Of a DNA stretch of 64,000 nt, positions 19,704 to 29,470 are shown one piece after another. The number at the start of each line of letters is the position of its first letter. Position 1 is the stretch's first letter. The notes under the pieces were generated by a model, which saw nothing but the letters and a program-made list of their open reading frames with translations, was not told the origin of the DNA and searched no databases. Location of the stretch: the NCBI GenBank assembly GCA_038841535.1, contig JAWBTQ010000002.1, positions 116,433 through 180,432 on the forward strand, given 5' to 3'. The stretch comes from Sulfolobales archaeon. GTDB lineage: Archaea; Thermoproteota; Thermoprotei_A; Sulfolobales; NBVN01. A program made the translations under genes and the position numbers.

Positions 19704-22373
19704 ATGGGGGAAATATTGAGAACTATTTATATCGTAATCCTGACTATAGTAGTGGTCGCGGCTATAGTCACCCCCACAGTTTTCCGGGTTCTTAAGCCTG
19801 AGACGTCGGAAACATCTACACCTATAGAAACTACGGCAGTAGCTTTCACTCTAGTACAGCTACCGCTTAGAAAAAGACCATTCGTGTGGACCTGGATCTA
19901 CAGCACGAAATCCAGCGAAGTCGCCGAGCTCCTGAGCAGATTCGGAGGTCGCGCGATAGATGTGGTCTCACCTGATTGGTACTATCTTACCGAGGACTTG
20001 AGTCTAGGTTTATACTACGAGAGAGGGGCGGAAGACCCAGGTTTTGTGAAACTTAGTAAAGACTCAGGAATCTTGATAGTCCCGATGGTTGTTTCTTCTA
20101 AAGGAGATAGAGTAAAGAACCTAATAACGAGTCGGGAAGCTATCGAGAGGTTCTCCAGGCAACTCGTAGAGACAGCAGCTAGAATGGGATACTCCGGCTT
20201 TAATATAGACTTCGAGGTAAGCCTCCCACTCTACTCTAGAGAGTTCGCTGAATTCATAGACTATCTTGCTAAGAGGCTTCATGAGGCTGGACTTATATTA
20301 ACTGTAGCAGTGCCCGCCAAGAGGGCTGAGATCCGTAGCGACTATCTAATGACTTACGACTACCAACTTCTAGCAAAAACAGACGCTGACTACATTATGA
20401 TCATGGCATACGACTACTACGAGATAGTGGGACCTAAGCCGGTCGCCCCCATGCCTTGGGTAGAGGACTGTATTGAGTACTCCCTAAGGTTCTTCCCTAG
20501 AGAAAAACTCGTTCTCGGCGTCCCTAATTACGGAAAAGTTTGGGACGACAAGGGCAAGTTAGTGAAGTGGTTACTGCACCAGGATTATCTGTCCATGGTA
20601 TCCCAGGGAGAGCGCTTTGTAGTAGACCTAAGCTCGAGAGAGCTTATGGCTAAAACAGCCGAGGGAGTAGCATACTACGTTGATGGAGAGATGGCGTACT
20701 ACCGAGCAAAGCTCGCACTCTCCCATCGCTTAGCCGGTGTAGCAATATGGAGACTCGACGGGGGAGACCTCGGCTTATGGGAGCTTCTCGAGGATTTCCG
20801 TCTCTCGCATGCGGGACCCCCCGACTACCCTCTAGCTAAGTGGATAGAGGCCTACTCAGGTAATTATCAAAAGTCAAACAGAACGGAAGTCAACTGGATA
20901 GTGGTCCACGTCACCGAGGGCTCGACTCAGTCTGCTATTAACTGGTTCCTAGACCCACGATCCGGAGTTTCAGCCCATTATATAATCTCGTTGGGAGGAT
21001 CGGTCTATCAAATGGTTATGGAGAAAGACATCGCTTGGCATGCGGGTAACAAGCAGTACAACCTACTGTCTATAGGTATAGAGCATGAGGGCTTCGTTAA
21101 GGCAAGGATGTTTACGGAATCTCAATACAGATCGTCCGCCCGCTTAATAGCATATCTAGCCTATAAGTATGGCATATCATTAGATCACGTAGTCGGCATA
21201 GCTCCTCCGGATCCCGCGGAAAGTAAAGGGATAATAGGGCACGACCAAGTTCCTGACCCGAGGAATCAGACGATAGGTGGAGGAATCTCCCACCACACTG
21301 ATCCTGGACCATACTGGGATTGGCGTTTATACATGGAGCTCGCGAGGAAGTACTACGAAGCCTTAGTAAGTGGAAATTATGAGAAGGCCTTTATCGCAGT
21401 GTGGTGGGGTGTTTACTCGGATAAGTGGAGCATGAATAGAGATGTCTGGCTTAAGCAGGTTAATGAAGCTCTAGCTAAGCTCAAGAGAGCTGGGGTTGAC
21501 GCTGTGTTCTTTCTAGTTAAGGACCCCTGGGGCTACGTATATTACAATAGCTCCTACGCACCTCTGAACCCGAAGTATTCTTGGGACGTTCTCGGCGATG
21601 TAGTGAAGGTCGCTAAAAAATATGGAATAGAGGTTTACGTATATATAAACGCTCTATCCGAGGGAGAGACCAGTCCCGGGTTCTATTTACAGCAGAACCC
21701 CCACTTCGCTCTCTATGATGAGTACGGAAACATGCTCGGTTGGGTAGACCCCTACTGTGAAGAATACGTGCAGAGGCTCCTCGACATAGTAGCTGAGATA
21801 TTGACTAAGTACCCCGAGGTCAGAGGGGTACAACTAGATAGAATAAGAGCTCCTCAGAGCAACGTCATCGGAAAATGCTCTTCGGAGGGTTTCTGGAAGC
21901 AATATGGTAAGAACCCCAAAGACGATATACGACTCTACCAGAAGTTTCTAGTTGACGGTATAACTAGCATAGTCAAGAGAGTTTCTGCTTTAGCTAAGAG
22001 CGCTAGGCCCGGCATTCACGTGTCTGCCGCAGTATTCCCGAGTCCAACCGCCGTTCATACCGTACTCCAGGATTGGATTTATTGGGTTAACGAGGGTGTG
22101 GTCGATGCTGTCGCAACAATGACCTACACAATAGACTTTACAACGTTTAAGAGTTACGTGACATCACAGCTCGGAACTATTAAAGACCCTAGTAAGCTCC
22201 TTATAGGTGTAGGAGCGTGGCAGCTATTAGACGAAATGCTGGTATCCCAACTGAGTTATGTGATAGAGGAGCTTAATCTCAAGGGAGCTGTTCTGTTTAA
22301 CTTAGACAGCCTAATAGACAAGAACCTGGCCGAAACCCTTACCAAGTTCAGACTTACATACTATTGCCGATAG
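19704..22373 (+). CDS. Membrane-anchored trimodular hydrolase: GH18 + N-acetylmuramoyl-L-alanine amidase (Amidase_2) + GHL10/DUF187
   Basis: N-terminal TM; GH18 GFNIDFE, IMAYD, LGVPNYG, GVAIWRL; amidase IVVHVTEG, SAHY, AWHAG, SIGIEHEG, IIGHDQ, HTDPG; GHL10 VFFLVK, GVQLDRIR, SAAVFP, QDWIYW. Confidence 0.88.
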   Translation: MGEILRTIYIVILTIVVVAAIVTPTVFRVLKPETSETSTPIETTAVAFTLVQLPLRKRPFVWTWIYSTKSSEVAELLSRFGGRAIDVVSPDWYYLTEDLSLGLYYERGAEDPGFVKLSKDSGILIVPMVVSSKGDRVKNLITSREAIERFSRQLVETAARMGYSGFNIDFEVSLPLYSREFAEFIDYLAKRLHEAGLILTVAVPAKRAEIRSDYLMTYDYQLLAKTDADYIMIMAYDYYEIVGPKPVAPMPWVEDCIEYSLRFFPREKLVLGVPNYGKVWDDKGKLVKWLLHQDYLSMVSQGERFVVDLSSRELMAKTAEGVAYYVDGEMAYYRAKLALSHRLAGVAIWRLDGGDLGLWELLEDFRLSHAGPPDYPLAKWIEAYSGNYQKSNRTEVNWIVVHVTEGSTQSAINWFLDPRSGVSAHYIISLGGSVYQMVMEKDIAWHAGNKQYNLLSIGIEHEGFVKARMFTESQYRSSARLIAYLAYKYGISLDHVVGIAPPDPAESKGIIGHDQVPDPRNQTIGGGISHHTDPGPYWDWRLYMELARKYYEALVSGNYEKAFIAVWWGVYSDKWSMNRDVWLKQVNEALAKLKRAGVDAVFFLVKDPWGYVYYNSSYAPLNPKYSWDVLGDVVKVAKKYGIEVYVYINALSEGETSPGFYLQQNPHFALYDEYGNMLGWVDPYCEEYVQRLLDIVAEILTKYPEVRGVQLDRIRAPQSNVIGKCSSEGFWKQYGKNPKDDIRLYQKFLVDGITSIVKRVSALAKSARPGIHVSAAVFPSPTAVHTVLQDWIYWVNEGVVDAVATMTYTIDFTTFKSYVTSQLGTIKDPSKLLIGVGAWQLLDEMLVSQLSYVIEELNLKGAVLFNLDSLIDKNLAETLTKFRLTYYCR

Positions 22374-22441
22374 AGCTTAAACTTAATACAGTACAACGAG
22401 TTCTATTTCGGTTATTTGCTGCGGATTTAAGTGGCCTAATC

Positions 22442-22680
22442 GAGTTGGGGTTCAGCTCTGATATAGGTTTGTATTGGTTGATTTTATTGCCTCATCTCTT
22501 ACTCCCGCATCCTGCTCGGGTCCTCATCGGGCTCTGGGGCGTCCGGGGAATCCTAGGCCGTATCACATCTCGGTTTATCCTCGGGAGAGCCCGCACTTCA
22601 TCTACGTAGCTCTCGACCACTCATCGAGTAACCTTCGCACATCGATCCACGCCGAGACACTCATAAACGTCTTTGTTGCA
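22442..22680 (-). mobile_element. Decayed IS200/IS605 tnpB 3' end / omegaRNA-like remnant
   Basis: Minus strand ..ATGAAGTGCGGG..GATTCCCCGGACGCCCCAGAGCCCGATGAGGACCCGAGCAGGATGCGGGAG..GATGAGGC resembles crenarchaeal tnpB ends as recalled; no intact ORF. Confidence 0.5.
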
Positions 22681-22732
22681 TCCATCAAGCAACATAAACC
22701 AACACGAAACTAGAAACAGTCACTTGAGGAAC

Positions 22733-23452
22733 CTACTTTGAGGGCAGTCTAGACCTTAGTGCTTCGACTAAGCTGTCTACTGAGGAGTGTGTCGACACTA
22801 TTAATGGCAGCATCTCCCTATCCGCTAGCCTTATCGCTAGAACGTCCACAGTTTTCGGCTGATGTATGACTACAGCCGCAGGTTTTGTTGGTGCTACTCG
22901 AACAGCTACCATCGGGGAGCGCCCAGTGCTTACCGCAGTAAAGATTAGTGCCCTTATGCTAGAAAGTCCCATTATACTCCAAAACTCGTTACCCCTAAGT
23001 CCCTCAATTGCCTCATAGCTGTTAATGACAGTGTAGCCGTATATGGGTAAAGCTATGAACCTAGAGTTAACAATGTACCCTTCTACAGCAGTAACTAGTT
23101 CGTCGAGCTTTATAGGGCGACTGAACTCTCTGATATCTAGAACACCCGCAATAAGCAATCCCATGCTCTGAGCTAAACCCTTAGTTACGGTATAGCCTGA
23201 GAGTTCATCGTACGTCATTAGGGCCTCAATAAACGTCTTAACGAACTTCATACCGGGTCTCCTCCTGCTTTTCTCATAGTCACTGATTACACTAGAAGCC
23301 ACCTTAAGGTACTTTGCTAGCTCTACTTGACTCAGTCCGAAAACAGTCCTCCACTTTCTAACCGCTTGACCTGGGTTATCGCTGAACACTATATCGCCAG
23401 CGATCTTCTTTTTAACTTCATCGACTACGTACCTAGGTATCATCTTATCCAC
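22733..23452 (-). CDS. Archaeal Xre-HTH transcriptional regulator with DRTGG-like C-terminal domain (COG1709-type)
   Basis: IAGDIVFSDNPG..RKWR..SQVELA..SVISDYE..RRPG; GRSPMVAVRV. Confidence 0.85.
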   Translation of the reverse strand: MDKMIPRYVVDEVKKKIAGDIVFSDNPGQAVRKWRTVFGLSQVELAKYLKVASSVISDYEKSRRRPGMKFVKTFIEALMTYDELSGYTVTKGLAQSMGLLIAGVLDIREFSRPIKLDELVTAVEGYIVNSRFIALPIYGYTVINSYEAIEGLRGNEFWSIMGLSSIRALIFTAVSTGRSPMVAVRVAPTKPAAVVIHQPKTVDVLAIRLADREMLPLIVSTHSSVDSLVEALRSRLPSK

Positions 23453-23681
23453 CCCGTAGTACAGCTACTGAGTAGAGCACCATAAATCTAACTCTACTAC
23501 CTAGTGGTATCACTAAATTTTTCCATGTTACTATTTGCGGGCAATCGCGCAGAGCCAATTCCAACATCAATCATAGCTATGCCTGACTCCTTAATAAATA
23601 CTCTCTATGAGTTAAACCATAAGTTGTTGTAGGACTAGCATGAGAGCGTTACTTATCAGAAACACTACTTAGGGTATTGAT

Positions 23682-23845
23682 CTAACCTCCTTCCTGGTCT
23701 GATGGGTGAAGGTTCCTCTGGGCGGGGAGGTCTGAGTTAAACTCCCTCCTACTAGAGGGTCTAGCCCTAGCAGAGTCTCTAGAGCATTACGCCAGCTACG
23801 TAGAGCGCGGGACTCGGGGATATGCTTTAACTACATCCACGAACA
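23682..23845 (-). mobile_element. Decayed IS200/IS605 right end with tnpB tail
   Basis: Minus strand ends GGAACCTTCACCCATCAGACCAGGAAGGAGGTTAG, 27/35 identical to the recalled crenarchaeal end GGAACCCTCGCCCTTCAGGGCGGGGAGGAGGTCAG; preceded by ATATCCCCGAGTCCC and ACCTCCCCGCCC. Confidence 0.55.
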
Positions 23846-23967
23846 CATCCATCAAGAAACCTAAAGACAAAAGAATGAGCACACTCACAACAAACGAACG
23901 CCACAATCCTTCTGCTTATCTACCTTCACTTCTTTTATTAGTTAAGACCTAGATGTAGGAGGGTGAC

Positions 23968-24498
23968 GTGGGTTCAGTTAAGGCTGACTGGGTTTACCTG
24001 CTTCATCCCAGACCTGCTTTCGCTATATGTTCCTCGGCCGAGAGTGCTTACGACTGTCTAGCCGCATCTTGGGTCACACCCGTGTCTAGAGAGCCACCGA
24101 TATTGATGGTAGCTCTATCTCCGAGGAGAGCTACTTACTCACTGATTAAGTCGTCGGGAAAGGCCACTGTTAACGTTCTCGATTGGAGTATGCTGGAGGC
24201 GCTACATTACTTGGGATCGACTAGCCTACATAAGAATCCCAACAAAATGGTTGATTCAGGCGTCAAGGTCTTACTCTCAGATGGCTACGTGAGGATCGAG
24301 GGCGCTCTGGCGGTTCTATACTGTAGTGTGAGGATGATTTTGACTATGGGCGACCACGATGCCGTATTCTTTGATGTAGTTGGCGTAGACGTGAATAAAG
24401 GGTATAAGCCTAAGGCTGAAGTAACGAAATACAATTACATAATGCACGTAGGTGGTGGCGAGTACACTACAAACGTAAATAGCGTGATAGTTCTTTGA
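23968..24498 (+). CDS. Flavin reductase-like (DIM6/NTAB) protein
   Basis: LLHPRP, ASWVTPVSREPP, GDH, HVGG. Confidence 0.85.
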   Translation: MGSVKADWVYLLHPRPAFAICSSAESAYDCLAASWVTPVSREPPILMVALSPRRATYSLIKSSGKATVNVLDWSMLEALHYLGSTSLHKNPNKMVDSGVKVLLSDGYVRIEGALAVLYCSVRMILTMGDHDAVFFDVVGVDVNKGYKPKAEVTKYNYIMHVGGGEYTTNVNSVIVL

Positions 24499-25070
24499 TA
24501 TCAGTAGAGTCACCCCTGAAAATCGCAGTTATAGTCTTAGGTGTGCTATCTGCTGTAAGCTTTTTTGCTATTCCGGCCGCCTCGTTTCTAGCACTAGTTT
24601 TTGGGGTTCTAACGACTGCGATAACGTTGAGTGAGTCGAGAATTGCGGTACTGATGCCACTGCTTCAAACAGCTGTCTGTATAGCGAGCCTCTACTACCT
24701 TGGGGAGGCACTCATATACGAGTCTCCCACTTCGCTCGTAACGGGAGTAGCACTATCTTTAGTCTCTATCCTCATGATGTATGTAGAAAGTAAGCTGCTA
24801 GTATTAAGGACTGGAATCGGGAAAACAGGGGTCGTAGTTGTTACGGCTGTCCTGGCTACTTTGCTCTATACCTACACCGTATCCATTCCTGCTGTTAGTA
24901 ACTTCATGAAGGAGGGTCTCTATGGGATAATTGAGTTAATAGCTTATAGCGGCCTTCTATATATTGGTGCGTCACTACCTTACTCCTCGACCATCCTATT
25001 CGGTCTCGTATATCTTATTTATGACTTACTTCGCTCGATTCAACCTAAAGAAGTCGTTCAACCTACTTAA
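24495..25070 (+). CDS. Hypothetical membrane protein
   Basis: Several TM segments; translationally coupled to the upstream gene. Confidence 0.6.
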   Translation: MISVESPLKIAVIVLGVLSAVSFFAIPAASFLALVFGVLTTAITLSESRIAVLMPLLQTAVCIASLYYLGEALIYESPTSLVTGVALSLVSILMMYVESKLLVLRTGIGKTGVVVVTAVLATLLYTYTVSIPAVSNFMKEGLYGIIELIAYSGLLYIGASLPYSSTILFGLVYLIYDLLRSIQPKEVVQPT

Positions 25071-26828
25071 GAGGCTGGGCAAGTTCGAGAAAACGGCGTC
25101 ATACCTTAACCCCAGTAGTTCCTTAAAACCCTTTTTAAGGTACCTCCTGTCTGCTAGAACTATAAACGCTCTATCTTTTTCGGACCTTATGGCTCTACCG
25201 AACGATTGAGTTACCCTAATCGACGCCTGCACATCCATAACTAGAGTATCTGCTGCGTCACCTACCTCACTCCTTAATGCCTCTCTAAAGTCTTCTACGT
25301 AATCATCCGGGCTGGGGTAAGGAATGCCGCATATGACTACGGCACTAATCAGAGAGAGACCAGAGCTATCTCTAAACTCAACTCCCTCAACTATCTTCCC
25401 TCCCGCAACGGCATTGATTAGTGTGTGTGGCTCGGCCGCGAGCAGCTTCTCTATATCAGCTACTTTAGTCTTCTCGCTTTCTACATAGGTACTGATGGAG
25501 TCCTTCAAGTACGTCACTACCTCATTCATGACCTCGTAGCTTGGGTAAACTGCTAGAACCGCTCTGTCAGTGCTCTCATACACTGATCGAACCAGCTTTG
25601 CATACTCCATGAACATCCTCGTAGACCTCAGCGGGTAACTCGTAGTTACGGACGTGTATACAGCGTAGAACACGTTCTCCCGTGGAAAGACGTGCCCGTA
25701 CTGCGCCTCGACATCCAGGTACTCAGTTTCCCTACCGACAACTTTATCTAGTACATCTTTAGGTGGTAAAGTCCCAGACATTAGGAGGACTCCGCGCGCT
25801 AGCCTAAGCCTCTCTCTCATGGGCTCGTAGCCTAGAGGGAGTGCGTGAAGCCTGAATGTATCGAAAGCAGATTGAGTGTAAAGAGAGAAAAAGTCCTTAG
25901 TGGCGAGCGCGAGAAACTTGACTAATCTACCTATAGATGAGGTCGTTCTCGCAAAAGCCTCGACTCCAACCTCCACTAGAGACTGTAGGTAGCTAAGCCT
26001 TATCGCATAGAAAGCTTCCTCCAGCTCGCGTAGGAGGTCCGCGTCTACTCCGATGCTTTGCTTCGAGACCCTCGTAAGCTTATTGAAGGTTACCCTGCTT
26101 AACGATTCCTCTACGTGTTTAACCTGTTGTGCTAGCTCTCCATAGCCGTGCCTCGAGAGCTCGCTCGCACTAGTTCTCAGAACGCTCTGGTTGACGGAGT
26201 CCGATAGAATTGATTGAGGAGAGACGAGAGTATGCGCTTCGTCAACGATGACGTAGAACTCGTCGAGTCCTACATCTGAAAAAGCGGTAGAGTACACAGT
26301 TTCGTTGAAGAGGTATGGATATGTCGCTATCGTGAGCTCTACCCTATCGGCTAACCCCGAGAGAGCAAAGAAGGGACAGGCAGAGAGCTCTCGAGCCACT
26401 AGTGATGCGAGCACGTGGGGGTCTAACTGGTCTGCGCTATTCAGTAGCTCGAGTAGCTCTTCTTGCGATACCTGCTTGAGGTTGGTGTAGTAGGGGCACA
26501 TGCTCTTCAGCCTCAGGAGCCGGCAGTTTAGCCAGAAATCCTCTGGAGAGACCTCTGCTCCCCTCACTAGAGGGCACATCCTCCTCCCGCTAAACACTAT
26601 GGTAAACGAGGCTCCGAGGTTTCTCGCTTCTCTTACTACTGGAGCGATCTCGTTCCTAGTCCTCACGACGTAGAGGACTCTCCCACTACCTACATGGCCA
26701 ACTAAGGCCACTACAGTCTTACCGTAGCCAGTCGGAGCCTTGACAGCTAAATACCCCCCGAGCCTCGACCTTATGAAGTTAGCAACTTCAAGCTGTCCCT
26801 TCCTTAAGTTTGCGTAAGGAAAACGCAT
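25026..26828 (-). CDS. xpd: XPD/Rad3 Fe-S DNA helicase
   Basis: APTGYGKT, four Fe-S Cys, DEAH, MSGTL, EGVEF, QSFGRAIRS, DRRY. Confidence 0.9.
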   Translation of the reverse strand: MRFPYANLRKGQLEVANFIRSRLGGYLAVKAPTGYGKTVVALVGHVGSGRVLYVVRTRNEIAPVVREARNLGASFTIVFSGRRMCPLVRGAEVSPEDFWLNCRLLRLKSMCPYYTNLKQVSQEELLELLNSADQLDPHVLASLVARELSACPFFALSGLADRVELTIATYPYLFNETVYSTAFSDVGLDEFYVIVDEAHTLVSPQSILSDSVNQSVLRTSASELSRHGYGELAQQVKHVEESLSRVTFNKLTRVSKQSIGVDADLLRELEEAFYAIRLSYLQSLVEVGVEAFARTTSSIGRLVKFLALATKDFFSLYTQSAFDTFRLHALPLGYEPMRERLRLARGVLLMSGTLPPKDVLDKVVGRETEYLDVEAQYGHVFPRENVFYAVYTSVTTSYPLRSTRMFMEYAKLVRSVYESTDRAVLAVYPSYEVMNEVVTYLKDSISTYVESEKTKVADIEKLLAAEPHTLINAVAGGKIVEGVEFRDSSGLSLISAVVICGIPYPSPDDYVEDFREALRSEVGDAADTLVMDVQASIRVTQSFGRAIRSEKDRAFIVLADRRYLKKGFKELLGLRYDAVFSNLPSLLSRLNDFFRLNRAK

Positions 26829-26992
26829 CAGACAGCCACCGCTTCAGCACCTATAAGAGGTTGTCGAGACTCTCATCACCGCGTGTAAATAGCTTTCGCA
26901 GAGCATAAAAACTCGTAAGCTAGTGACGGTAACCGTGCTATAAGGGAAGGGACAACCCGCTCTAGTAGGTAGGATGCGTCTGAGCGCACATT

Positions 26993-27943
26993 TCAGATGC
27001 GTAGTTTTAGATGCGTCTCAGCGAGAGACTTGAGTTCATTGACATCTCTCGGTAAGTGCCTCGCCCCTAGCCCCCCAGCTTTATAAGCCCCCATGAGGTT
27101 TCCCAGAGCGGCGCGCTGCTCCGAGGGTAGCCCCATCAGTAGCCCGTAGATAGCACCAGCATCGTAGGCATCACCGCAGCCTGTTGTATCGATTACCCTA
27201 CTAACTCTAACCGCTTCGATGTGTGCGAACTTCTCCCCCGAGTACACTAGAGACCCCCTACTGCCTATCTTCAAAAAGAGGTTCTTCGGCTTGAGTGCCG
27301 AGATCAGACTGGTCAAGGAGTTCTGTGTGTCTGGACCGAATAGCTCTCTGAGCTCGTCTAGGTTTATGAAGACATCGTAGATCGCGCCCCTGTACTTAGC
27401 CAGCACTTCAATAAGGAACCTCTTAGTTACGCCCCCAAGGTCTATGCCCACGGGTAGACCTAACCCAACAGAGTTATCGATCAGGTACTCGACAGACTTT
27501 CCGCCGTCCACGTTCCTGCTGGTGAACCCCGATATGAACGTGTAGTCAGACATGGCGAGCAGGTCTCTAGACTCCACATCGCTCAGGGTGTTATATGCGT
27601 TAGCACCCCTGTACCCAATTATTGTTCTCTCACCATTCTTTCTGATGATGACCACCATGATCCCGGTTACCAGTCCCTCGACCCTTCTGACACTAGTAGC
27701 CTCAACTTTTTCTCTGGTCAAGTCCTCCAGTATTAGTTCACCAAAGGGATCCGCTCCCACAGTCGAGACCAGTATGGGTCTCTGCCCCAGCCTAGATAGG
27801 GCGACACTCAGATTGCCCCCGGAGCCTCCTGGGACGAGGGCGCTTGTTTGCGCTACGTAGGAAACGTCTCTGAGCTCGACTACGTCTAGGTCTAAGAAGA
27901 AAAACAGATCTAGGTTCAAGTCCCCGTAAACGAGCACCTTCAT
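26993..27943 (-). CDS. PfkB family carbohydrate kinase
   Basis: PGGSGGN, VGADPFG, DTTGCGDAY. Confidence 0.9.
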   Translation of the reverse strand: MKVLVYGDLNLDLFFFLDLDVVELRDVSYVAQTSALVPGGSGGNLSVALSRLGQRPILVSTVGADPFGELILEDLTREKVEATSVRRVEGLVTGIMVVIIRKNGERTIIGYRGANAYNTLSDVESRDLLAMSDYTFISGFTSRNVDGGKSVEYLIDNSVGLGLPVGIDLGGVTKRFLIEVLAKYRGAIYDVFINLDELRELFGPDTQNSLTSLISALKPKNLFLKIGSRGSLVYSGEKFAHIEAVRVSRVIDTTGCGDAYDAGAIYGLLMGLPSEQRAALGNLMGAYKAGGLGARHLPRDVNELKSLAETHLKLRI

Positions 27944-27946
27944 GCT

Positions 27947-28837
27947 TCAGCTATTCCCCGACCTGATTTTCTTCACGACATCCATAAGCTTCCTCACTCT
28001 CTCGGGGTCTACAGGGTTCTGGGTCACACCATTGACCTTGAAGTACGTACCGACGATCGCTCCGTCAGCGTATTTGAGGAGCTCCTCGGCGTTATAGGGA
28101 GTCAGACCGCTACCAACTATCACAGGTGTGTCCCCAACCAGTTCCTTGACTTTCCTCACGTCGTCTGGTGATGGAGCCTCACCAGTCATCCTGCCAGTGA
28201 CCACTATGGCGTCTGCCATATAGAAGTCAGCCCAAGTCGTGTGAGTCTCGAGGTCAATACCAGGGAACACCACGCTGTGCTTCTTGACTACATCGACAAA
28301 GAACCTTACATCTTCTGCGTGAAGCACCTTCCTAAGCCTCATCAGGTCAGCTGCGTTTCCATGGTCTAGTTCTCCAGTATCCCACACGGCAGCACCAACG
28401 TATAAACATACCCTCACGAACTTAGCTCCAGCTGCCTTAGCGATCCCGAGCGCGGCCCTTCCCCCATTGTGAATTACTGTTATACCTACAGGAATACTTA
28501 CATTCTTAACTACGTGCCTAGCTACGACAGCGTGAGAAGCTACCTCCTCTGGAGGTATCCGTCTATACCCACTATAGTAGGGTAGATCCCACATGTTCTC
28601 TACTATCAACCCATCCACACCATTCTCTTCTAGAACTCTAGCCTCTCTTAGAGCGCGCTCTTCAATATCCTCGATCCCCCATCCCCCGTACGCCGGAGAA
28701 CCGGGGAGTGGAAGTAGGTGGATCATTCCTATAATGGCTTTATCGTTCTTGAACAGTTCCGTGATCGAGAACATCCTCCTCGAATAGAACCTCTTAGCCC
28801 AGTCAACAACCATATTATCGAGAACCTCTTTCTTCAA
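27947..28837 (-). CDS. BtpA/SgcQ family TIM-barrel protein (start uncertain)
   Basis: IIGMIHLLPLPGSP, VENMWDLPY, KKHS, VTGRMTG, ADGAIVGTYFK. Confidence 0.9.
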   Translation of the reverse strand: MKKEVLDNMVVDWAKRFYSRRMFSITELFKNDKAIIGMIHLLPLPGSPAYGGWGIEDIEERALREARVLEENGVDGLIVENMWDLPYYSGYRRIPPEEVASHAVVARHVVKNVSIPVGITVIHNGGRAALGIAKAAGAKFVRVCLYVGAAVWDTGELDHGNAADLMRLRKVLHAEDVRFFVDVVKKHSVVFPGIDLETHTTWADFYMADAIVVTGRMTGEAPSPDDVRKVKELVGDTPVIVGSGLTPYNAEELLKYADGAIVGTYFKVNGVTQNPVDPERVRKLMDVVKKIRSGNS

Positions 28838-29074
28838 ATACTACACCTATTACCTCAACTTTTTAACGAATTAAAGTACAACCTATTCCTCCTAAGGTCC
28901 GAGAGGTAGCCAAGTAGCAGACACAGTTCGCTCATCAGACTGACCACGAGAACTAGCATTAATTCTTAACATCCTTATTGTCGGCACCAGGCCTCCGCTA
29001 GCCCTTTAGCGAGTACCGTTTGATACGTTAAAAGCAGATATACTGTGGATGATGTACTGCACGGTGAGAGTGGT

Positions 29075-29470
29075 GTGCATGAGTGGGCTCTAGCTGAGGC
29101 AGTAAGCCTTGCTCTGTCTAATTACTCTAAACAGTCTGGAGTTAAGAGATTCAGACGCTTAGTTATAGGGTTAGGTGAACTGCAGTCGATCGATAAAGAG
29201 ATACTGGAGTTAGCGCTCGGCGAAACACTCAAGCTATATGGACTAGAGGTAGTAGAATTCGAGTTCATAACTGAGGAGGCCTCGTTTGAGTGTAGGTCAT
29301 GCGGTTTTAAGTGGAAGCTAGGAGATTTAGGTCTCTCCGATGAGGTTCGCGAGGCGATACACTTCCTCCCGGAAGCTACCTACGCGTACATAAAGTGTCC
29401 GAAGTGTGGTTCTCCGGATTACCTCATTACGGGAGGCAGAGGTCTCAGCATAATGGGTGTCGAGTATTGA
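29075..29470 (+). CDS. hypA: Hydrogenase nickel incorporation protein HypA
   Basis: GTG start gives MHEWALA; CRSC and CPKC Zn site; EAIHFLPE insertion. Confidence 0.92.
   Translation: MHEWALAEAVSLALSNYSKQSGVKRFRRLVIGLGELQSIDKEILELALGETLKLYGLEVVEFEFITEEASFECRSCGFKWKLGDLGLSDEVREAIHFLPEATYAYIKCPKCGSPDYLITGGRGLSIMGVEY

Noticed and set aside
22364-22713. Plus-strand ORFs 22364-22609 and 22474-22713
   Set aside because: No protein-like features; they overlap the minus-strand tnpB-end remnant.
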